From Candidatus Magasanikiibacteriota bacterium (lineage in GTDB: Bacteria; Patescibacteriota; Patescibacteriia; Magasanikbacterales; UBA922): 64,000 bases of DNA. Positions 57,748 to 64,000 of the stretch are shown here, piece by piece. The position numbers were made by a program, and so were the translations under genes. Where the stretch lies: contig JABJHO010000014.1 of assembly GCA_018661775.1 (NCBI GenBank), forward strand, positions 42,305 through 106,304, read 5' to 3'. Positions within the stretch are counted from its first letter, which is position 1. Each line of letters begins with the position of its first letter. The notes beneath the pieces were generated by a model that was not told where the DNA came from, did not search any database, and was given only the letters and a program-made list of their open reading frames with translations.

Positions 57748-58239
57748 ATGCCAAAGAACAACAAACCAAAAAAACGCATAGGCGCAATATTTAACAGTAT
57801 ATTGCTGGTCGCTTTTGTCGCATGCTTTTTCTTTTTACAGGTATGGGAAAAAAAGGCACCAACCGTACCACTCTCAATTCATGACCAGGTGTTGTATGTA
57901 GAGGTGGCTGATTCGGCAATAAAACAATACACAGGCTTGGGTCAGCGAGAAGTACTAGGAGATAGTGATGGTATGTTGTTTGTTTTTGGAGATGTAGATC
58001 GTCATGGTATTGTTATGAGAGACATGCAGTTTTCTCTAGATATTATTTGGTTACTTAATGGGGAAGTGGTAGATATTGCCGCACATATTGCACCAGAACC
58101 AGGAGTGGCAGAAGCACAACTGATACGATATCTTCCGCGCAAACCAGCAAATATGGTACTAGAGCTTCCTGCGGGAGGGGCCGAGCATTATGCGGTTTCT
58201 CTTGGAGATGTTTTGGGTGGGGTTGGCAACAAACGCTAA
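57748..58239 (+). CDS. DUF192 (COG1430) family protein with an N-terminal anchor
   Basis: LYVEVADS..GLG, DGMLFVF, SLDIIWL and MVLELPAG. Confidence 0.7.
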   Translation: MPKNNKPKKRIGAIFNSILLVAFVACFFFLQVWEKKAPTVPLSIHDQVLYVEVADSAIKQYTGLGQREVLGDSDGMLFVFGDVDRHGIVMRDMQFSLDIIWLLNGEVVDIAAHIAPEPGVAEAQLIRYLPRKPANMVLELPAGGAEHYAVSLGDVLGGVGNKR

Positions 58240-58243
58240 ACAC

Positions 58244-58272
58244 TTGACTTATTTATGGGTTTTGGGTATACT
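58244..58272 (+). promoter_or_regulatory. Sigma-70-type promoter upstream of rplU
   Basis: TTGACT, 17-nt spacer, TATACT. Confidence 0.5.
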
Positions 58273-58338
58273 ATTTTCGTCTGATATGGCATGTTTCCCT
58301 TATACAACCATATTTACCTTATTTTAATAATAAAGATT

Positions 58339-58653
58339 ATGTTTGCTGTTATAGAGACTGGATCTAAACAATATCTGGTACAATCTGATCAAAAACTAGA
58401 GATAGAAAAACTTCCTGCAGAGGCTGGTGCTGAAGTCGTATTTGACAAAGTACTTCTTTTGGCAGACGATGAAGGAAAAAATGTACAAATTGGCACACCA
58501 TATTTGGAAGGTGTGAGTATTGCTGCTACAGTTGAAGAGCAAAAACGAGACAAAAAAATACGTGTGGTCAAGTTCAAGAGAAAAGTACGCTACAAGCGGG
58601 TAAAAGGACACAGACAACACAAAACAAAGGTGACGCTCAAAGAAGTAGTATAA
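58339..58653 (+). CDS. rplU: 50S ribosomal protein L21
   Basis: MFAVIETGSKQYLV and KFKRKVRYKRVKGHRQ. The internal ATG is preferred over the track start 58291. Confidence 0.9.
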   Translation: MFAVIETGSKQYLVQSDQKLEIEKLPAEAGAEVVFDKVLLLADDEGKNVQIGTPYLEGVSIAATVEEQKRDKKIRVVKFKRKVRYKRVKGHRQHKTKVTLKEVV

Positions 58654-58673
58654 TTACCGACACAAAAACAAAG

Positions 58674-58698
58674 AAAAACACCCAAGTGGTGTTTTTTT
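58674..58698 (+). terminator. Rho-independent terminator after rplU
   Basis: aaaaacacc-caagt-ggtgttttt stem-loop followed by further T residues. Confidence 0.7.
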
Positions 58699-58728
58699 GT
58701 GCCCACATGCGTTTTTGGGTGTATGCTG

Positions 58729-58757
58729 TTGACTTTTTGGTGTTTTTTTAGTATAGT
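58729..58757 (+). promoter_or_regulatory. Sigma-70-type promoter of the orphan gene 58804-60174
   Basis: TTGACT, 17-nt spacer, TATAGT. Confidence 0.5.
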
Positions 58758-58803
58758 ACCGGCTCACGAGTTCTTTTTACATATATAACCAAGGAGGATT
58801 GCT

Positions 58804-60174
58804 ATGAGTGAGCATGACCATGGCCCAGAAAATCAGAGCCCTCAAGGGTATGTTGACGAATTATTATCTGGCAAAAAAGAAACAGGCGACCCAACACAAT
58901 TAGCATTATTGGCTCAATTGTCTCAAACAGCACAGCAGATAAAGTTAGTTACTTCCACATGTGCGGAATCACAGCATAAAATTGCCATGATCAAGGATCT
59001 ACAATCTCTTGTTGCTGAGGCATCTAAGCAATTCCCAAACCTTTCTTTTCGTGTAGAAGCATTATCTGAAGAAAAAGTTGCGGAACTACAGTTTAAAATT
59101 GCAGTGATAAGCGATCTGCGATCACGTGTTTTTGATGCGTCTAAGCAGTTTTACGATCTTTCCTTTTCTTCGGTAGAAATTTTGTCTGAGGAGTTGGGTA
59201 TTCTAAACAAGTTTGCGATCGAGGGTGGTGCGTTACCAAGCAATGAGCAGGTAATTAAGTTACCAGATAAAGATGATTTTGAGGATTTGCCAGAAATGGA
59301 AGTGTTTTTTGCAGAAGAAATGGAAGTGTTTTCTGGGGATATGCCAAAAAAAGCACTTGAACTTGTCAATATACAAGAGGATGCGGACGAGTATGTTTTT
59401 GATAGCACAGAAGACACGTTTTCTTTGTACAAAAAAGACACGCCCCATCGTATTCATGGATTTATTGATGCGGTTGCTGGTTTACCCAAGTATGATGGAC
59501 ACGGGGCACCTTCTTTGGAAGAGTGTGGATATTTTACACAAGAGGTGGTGATGGTGTATCTAACACCAGACAAAGAGATTGAGCCGGATGTGCACTTTTT
59601 GACCATCGCACGTATTATTGGGCTTATTGGAGATGGGTTTGTATTTGGTATGACCCAAAAAACACAGTTGTTTCATCTTTTGTCAGCCCTTGCTGCACAG
59701 TTAAAGATATTTGACGCTATAGGTAGTGTGGGTATAAATAAAGATGATTTTGAAAAAATTAAGACGCTGTGTTTTGGTATTGTAGGTGGGGCACAAAGTG
59801 AAACTGCGTGTGGTTATGTGTTTGGATTATGTCGTTCCCATGTGCCAGGAGGTGAAGGTATTATTGGGGATACATGGGAAGAGATTCTCTCATACCATGG
59901 TTCTTATTTGCAAGTGAAAGAACCGGTAGTGGTTGTGCATTTTTCTGATGCTGACCGTGCGTTTCAAGACGCACTTCTTGATGCAGATGATTCGAGCAAC
60001 GCTATTAGAGAATTGTTTAGGGCAGAGCTCAATAGTTCACGGTTTTATACCAAAGCTGGTATTCCACCAACGGTTGGTTTTTTGGCAAAGTCGTATATAC
60101 AACATCTTAGTGGTACAAGTTTTAAGGATTTACGACACGCTGCCAAGACACAAGAGTATATCTTTGAAACATAA
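58804..60174 (+). CDS. Acidic protein of unknown function with internal repeats
   Basis: 456 aa. Strong SD aaggagga. A 39-aa tandem repeat (residues 58-91 vs 97-131) and an EMEVF(F/S) duplication. No family recognised. Confidence 0.65.
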   Translation: MSEHDHGPENQSPQGYVDELLSGKKETGDPTQLALLAQLSQTAQQIKLVTSTCAESQHKIAMIKDLQSLVAEASKQFPNLSFRVEALSEEKVAELQFKIAVISDLRSRVFDASKQFYDLSFSSVEILSEELGILNKFAIEGGALPSNEQVIKLPDKDDFEDLPEMEVFFAEEMEVFSGDMPKKALELVNIQEDADEYVFDSTEDTFSLYKKDTPHRIHGFIDAVAGLPKYDGHGAPSLEECGYFTQEVVMVYLTPDKEIEPDVHFLTIARIIGLIGDGFVFGMTQKTQLFHLLSALAAQLKIFDAIGSVGINKDDFEKIKTLCFGIVGGAQSETACGYVFGLCRSHVPGGEGIIGDTWEEILSYHGSYLQVKEPVVVVHFSDADRAFQDALLDADDSSNAIRELFRAELNSSRFYTKAGIPPTVGFLAKSYIQHLSGTSFKDLRHAAKTQEYIFET

Positions 60175-60200
60175 GAGCGTACTAAGTTTTTGCACAAGTT

Positions 60201-60224
60201 ACAGGGTTTTTTAACCCTGTTTTA
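60201..60224 (+). terminator. Terminator after the orphan gene, abutting the recR stop
   Basis: acagggtt-tttt-aaccctgt perfect 8-bp stem followed by tttt. Confidence 0.65.
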
Positions 60225-60812
60225 TATTCTATGCATAAATGCATTTTGTAACGTTATGTCGTCGGCATATTGCACATCACTTCCCATGGGTAACCCTCTT
60301 GCAAGGCGTGTTACTTTTACGTGTGGATACTCCTTTTTGCACACACGAGCAATATACATCATGGTTGTTTCACCAGATATATCGGGATTGAGCGCAAGAA
60401 TCAGCTCAAGAGGTTCTGTGGTGATTCGCTGAAATAATTCTGTTAATTTAATATGTTGAGATTCAATCGGCGCATCTGTTTGTAAGGTGTCGCGCAAGAC
60501 ATGGTAAGTACCTTTATGTGCCCCAACACGTTCCATAACAACAACGTCTTGTGGGTGTGTGACAACACAAATATGCTGTTGTGATCTTTTGGTGTCTGTA
60601 CACAGTGCACAAGGAGAGGTGTCGGAAAAATTGCAGCATTGCGCACATGTTTTTATAGACTCAATCACATGTTTTAGGGCAAGTGTAAGTTCTGCCACGT
60701 CTTTTTTTCCGGACTTGAGTAAAAAAAATACATAGCGCTCTGCGGTTCTTTTTCCAACACCAGGAAGTTTGGTAAACGCTCGAATAAGTTGTTGAATAGG
60801 TTGGGTATACAT
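60222..60812 (-). CDS. recR: Recombination protein RecR
   Basis: LPGVGKRTAERYVFFLL (HhH), Cys4 finger C..CCN..C.LC, and Toprim VVTHPQDV. ATG 60812 is preferred over 60845. Confidence 0.9.
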   Translation of the reverse strand: MYTQPIQQLIRAFTKLPGVGKRTAERYVFFLLKSGKKDVAELTLALKHVIESIKTCAQCCNFSDTSPCALCTDTKRSQQHICVVTHPQDVVVMERVGAHKGTYHVLRDTLQTDAPIESQHIKLTELFQRITTEPLELILALNPDISGETTMMYIARVCKKEYPHVKVTRLARGLPMGSDVQYADDITLQNAFMHRI

Positions 60813-60866
60813 ACTACAAGGACCAAGAAACTGTGTACATGACACAGTTTTTTTAGTTTATGTGGT

Positions 60867-61169
60867 TTAGCTGAGTCCAGGAATATCCGGGAGGCCGCCC
60901 ATTTCTTTCATTTTCATTGCCATAATGCGTTGCATTTTTTTTGTTGCATCTTCGTGAGCTTTTTTGATTCCTTCTTGCAACTTTTCTTTTTTGTTTGGGC
61001 TGAGTAATTCGTCATCAATAGCTAGTCCTACCATTTTAAGGTTTCCGTCAAGTGTCATAACAACTTTGTCTCCCGCTGCTTTTACGGTAATTGTTTCTTG
61101 TGAAAGTTTGGATTGCAATTCTTTTGCTTGTGAGCGAAGGTCTTTGAACTGTTTAATTTTTGACAGCAT
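60867..61169 (-). CDS. ybaB: Nucleoid-associated protein YbaB/EbfC
   Basis: 100 aa. The pattern ..QAKELQSKL.., ..VVMTLDGN.K..GL.ID and LQEGIKKAHEDA is typical of the family. Confidence 0.85.
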   Translation of the reverse strand: MLSKIKQFKDLRSQAKELQSKLSQETITVKAAGDKVVMTLDGNLKMVGLAIDDELLSPNKKEKLQEGIKKAHEDATKKMQRIMAMKMKEMGGLPDIPGLS

Positions 61170-61237
61170 AGAGTAGGATTTTTATTATATAATTCTCTTG
61201 TGAGATAGTACCATAATTACCCTGCGTTTGCAACTGG

Positions 61238-62716
61238 TTAAAACGTTGGTACTTGTGGTGAGTGGGATGGACTTTGTGTTATTTGTGGTCCGGGTTGTGG
61301 TGTTAGAGGGGCGCTTCCTGGGGCAACAAAATGTTTATCAAGGTTTTGGAAACTTGCTCGAGTTGCGTCAAAAAATAGCTTTACCACACCTGTTGGACCA
61401 TTTCTGTGTTTTGCAATATGTATCTCGGCAATGTTGCGTTCATCTGGGGGAATATCTTCGAGACGGTAGTTTCTGTCGGCGGATTTTCTATAAATAAATA
61501 GTACGACATCGGCATCTTGCTCAATACTTCCCGAATCACGAAGATGAGAGAGTTTTGGAATAGATGGTTTGGTTTGTTCTACTGCACGAGAAAGCTGCGA
61601 GAGCGCAAGGACTGGTACATTGAGTTCACGTGCAATACCTTTGAGATTTCGACTCATTTCTGCTACCTCTTGAACCCGGTTATCCGAATTTCTTTTTGAA
61701 TGAGAATGCATGAGCTGCAAATAGTCAATAACAATTAGTCCTAAATTATGCTCTGCCTTGAGTTTTCTGGCTTTTGCACGGATATGCATAACATTGTTTC
61801 CTGGTGAATCATCAATAAATATTGGTGCATCAGACAAGATACCCATGGCGCGGCCAATTTTTGGAAAATCATCACTATCTGGCCTGTCAGACAAGTTTCC
61901 TGTTCTCATTTTCCATAAATCAACCTGTGCTTCGGCACAGAGCATCCTGTCAACAAGCTGTTCTTTACTCATCTCAAGAGAAAATATTCCCACCGGGAGA
62001 TTAGATTGTATGGCAGCGTTGCGTGCAATATCTAAACAAAAAGATGTTTTTCCAACTGACGGACGTGCGGCAAGAATAACCAAATCAGATTTTTGGAGAC
62101 CAGCCAGAAGACTGTCTAAATCCGAAAAGCCAGTAGGGACCCCACGAAGCTTACCTTTGTCCCTATGGAGTTCGTCAATACGCTCAAATGCATCACTGAG
62201 CACGTGTTGAATCGTGGTAAAGTTAGAGGTAAGGTGTTTTTGTGTTACCTGAGCCAATTCTTTTTGTGCCTCATCAAGAATCTCATCAATATTTTCTGCC
62301 TCCTCACCATACCCAAGCGCAGTGATTTTATCTGCAGCAATCAGGAGTTTTCTGTGCACTGATTTTTTTTGTATAATTTTTGCATACTCCATAACATGAG
62401 ATGCTGTAGGTACGACGGTTGAGAGTTTGGCAATATAGCCATGCCCGCCAACCGCATCGATTTTTTGCAATTCCGAAAGCCGATTACTTACAGTAAGCAC
62501 GTCAATTGATTCATTTTTGCTGTACAATTCTGTGATAATGGTAAATATATCTTTGTGGGCATTTTTGTAGAAATCTTCAGGAGACATAATGTCTATAATC
62601 TTTGCAATTGCCTCTTTGTCTAGCAAAAGAGATCCAAGAAGAGACATTTCGGCTTCAATGTTTTGCGGTGGGATTTTGTGGAGAGATGAGGTAGTCATAG
62701 TAAACATATGATACAC
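61238..62716 (-). CDS. dnaB: Replicative DNA helicase DnaB with a Pro-rich C-terminal tail
   Basis: PPQNIEAEMSLLGSLLLD, Walker A ARPSVGKTS, IVIDYLQLM and SQLSRAVE. The last ~30 aa are P/Q/S-rich. Confidence 0.95.
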   Translation of the reverse strand: MYHMFTMTTSSLHKIPPQNIEAEMSLLGSLLLDKEAIAKIIDIMSPEDFYKNAHKDIFTIITELYSKNESIDVLTVSNRLSELQKIDAVGGHGYIAKLSTVVPTASHVMEYAKIIQKKSVHRKLLIAADKITALGYGEEAENIDEILDEAQKELAQVTQKHLTSNFTTIQHVLSDAFERIDELHRDKGKLRGVPTGFSDLDSLLAGLQKSDLVILAARPSVGKTSFCLDIARNAAIQSNLPVGIFSLEMSKEQLVDRMLCAEAQVDLWKMRTGNLSDRPDSDDFPKIGRAMGILSDAPIFIDDSPGNNVMHIRAKARKLKAEHNLGLIVIDYLQLMHSHSKRNSDNRVQEVAEMSRNLKGIARELNVPVLALSQLSRAVEQTKPSIPKLSHLRDSGSIEQDADVVLFIYRKSADRNYRLEDIPPDERNIAEIHIAKHRNGPTGVVKLFFDATRASFQNLDKHFVAPGSAPLTPQPGPQITQSPSHSPQVPTF

Positions 62717-62751
62717 AAAATAATATGTATTTTCAAGATTCTATATTATAT

Positions 62752-62792
62752 TGTTGTGTATATGTTGTGTATATGTTGTGTATATGTTGTGT
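62752..62792. repeat. 11-bp tandem direct repeat, 3.7 copies
   Basis: tgttgtgtata at 62752, 62763 and 62774, plus the partial tgttgtgt at 62785. A TG-rich tract gtgtgggtgtgtgtgtg follows. Confidence 0.9.
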
Positions 62793-62885
62793 TCTGCCTA
62801 GTGTGGGTGTGTGTGTGATTTCTTGTATTTTTTCTTTACCGTGCTATCATACAGTATGTTAAGGTATGTAAATTACGTAAAAAAC

Positions 62886-64000
62886 ATGAAAGTTTGTGTT
62901 ATTAGTAATATTTACCCACCATTTCATAGGGGTGGTGCCGAGCAGGTGGTAGTAAAGACCGTTGAAGGGCTTGTTCGTGCAGGACACAATGTAATAGTCA
63001 TGACGTCAACACCAGAAAAAAATGGTATCGAAAAAGTGGGTGGAATAACAATATATAGAAAAAAACCATGGAATGTCTTTTTTTATACAGATGCACACAG
63101 GTATCCTGTTTTTTTGCGTGCCGTATGGCATATTCTTAATATGTGGAATATACAAATGGTATTTTGGGTGTGGCGTACGATTAAAAAAGAGCAGATTGAC
63201 ATTGTTCATACACACAATCTTATGGGGGTAAGTTTTTTGTTGCCGGTACTGCTGCGGTTACTTAATGTGGTGCACGTGCATACCGTCCACGATGTGCAAC
63301 TGGTTGAACCAAGTGGTATGGTGTTAAAACAATATGAACAGTCGTGGCGTTATACTGGATTCCCAACAAAGATATATACAAGTATTATGCGGATGCTATT
63401 TGGGTCGCCCGATGCGGTTATTTCTCCTTCAGAATTTTTGTTACGGTTTTATACCTCAAGAGGGTTTTTTCCACAATCAAAAAAGGTGGTTATACGAAAT
63501 CCCATGACGTTTCCGCTGCGTGCCATACAAAAAGAGCATGTTCATTCGCCAATGCGTTTTGTCTATGCCGGACAAATAGAATATCACAAAGGGGTAGAAA
63601 TGCTTATTGACGCCTTTATTGGCCTTGATGCATCTATTGCACAACAGAGTGAATTGCATATTGTTGGAGGAGGTACGCTTCATACTGTGTGTAAGAAAAA
63701 AACAGAAGGACATCCTCATATACACATACACAAAAGAATGGAGCGAGGCGCGCTGTCGTCTTTTCTTGACACTATGGATATGGCGGTAGTACCATCGCTT
63801 TGTTATGAAAATTCGCCTACCATTATTTTTGAAAGTTTTTCTTCGGGTTTACCAGTGCTTGCAAGTAATATTGAAGGTGTGGTTGAGCTGATTAAAGAAG
63901 AGGAAAATGGATTGATGTTTGAGGCAGGAAACATACCGTCATTACAAGAAAAAATAACATGGTGTGTACAACATCCAGATAGTATTCTTCTTATGAGCCA
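62886..64000 (+). CDS. GT-B glycosyltransferase (GT4 / group 1), 3' end beyond the window
   Basis: Not in the ORF track because no stop falls in the window. I translated it by hand from ATG 62886 (MKVCVISNIYPPFHRGGAEQVV..) with no stops. EX7E-type block ENSPTIIFESFSSGLPVLAS. Confidence 0.8.
   Translation, partial: MKVCVISNIYPPFHRGGAEQVVVKTVEGLVRAGHNVIVMTSTPEKNGIEKVGGITIYRKKPWNVFFYTDAHRYPVFLRAVWHILNMWNIQMVFWVWRTIKKEQIDIVHTHNLMGVSFLLPVLLRLLNVVHVHTVHDVQLVEPSGMVLKQYEQSWRYTGFPTKIYTSIMRMLFGSPDAVISPSEFLLRFYTSRGFFPQSKKVVIRNPMTFPLRAIQKEHVHSPMRFVYAGQIEYHKGVEMLIDAFIGLDASIAQQSELHIVGGGTLHTVCKKKTEGHPHIHIHKRMERGALSSFLDTMDMAVVPSLCYENSPTIIFESFSSGLPVLASNIEGVVELIKEEENGLMFEAGNIPSLQEKITWCVQHPDSILLMS

Noticed and set aside
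62752-62792. Possible CRISPR array or minisatellite.
   Set aside because: The units are 11 bp and directly abutting with no spacers. There are no cas genes in the window. I report it as a tandem repeat or operator candidate instead.

Overview
This 64 kb window is densely coded and uses the standard genetic code: TGA acts as a stop, and there are several ATGA/GTGA stop-start overlaps. By eye the GC content is around the low 40s percent; I did not compute it. The gene content resembles a small-genome Patescibacteria/CPR-like bacterium, which is an inference only. It includes an archaeal-type UMP kinase, a bacterial Elp3, a type IV pilus locus, an RRM protein, and many orphan membrane proteins.

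Recognisable housekeeping genes:
- Translation and metabolism: pyrH, tsaE, glyA, hpf, dus, gatC-gatA, rplU.
- Cell envelope and division: mraY, murB, lgt, mraZ-rsmH-ftsL.
- Secretion: secA, secD, secF.
- Replication, repair and transcription: dnaG, rpoD, ligA, ung, recR, ybaB, dnaB.
- Type IV pilus: pilM, pilin, pilD.
- RNA genes: two tandem tRNA-Ser.

No rRNA, CRISPR array, transposase or integrase was seen.

Loci most worth a second look:
1. An MraY-centred operon (6.1-11.4 kb) built from an Mpl-type ligase, an ATE/Bpt-like aminoacyl-tRNA transferase, an NlpC/P60-like peptidase and an ATP-grasp ligase.
2. A head-to-head Elp3 / Trm9-like pair.
3. SecD carrying a parvulin PPIase insertion.
4. 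A more AT-rich pentose-phosphate module (43.7-47.9 kb). It holds a fused G6PD-6PGDH gene, and both of its edges cut through genes. The right edge adjoins a gene interrupted at an A8 slippery run.
5. A membrane-anchored, zinc-finger-bearing ClpB-like ATPase with a degenerate first ATPase module, sitting in the dcw cluster.
6. Three short GC-richer minus-strand cassettes (34.6-35.4, 38.0-38.5 and 41.5-42.0 kb).

All family assignments come from motif recognition by eye. No searches or computations were run.
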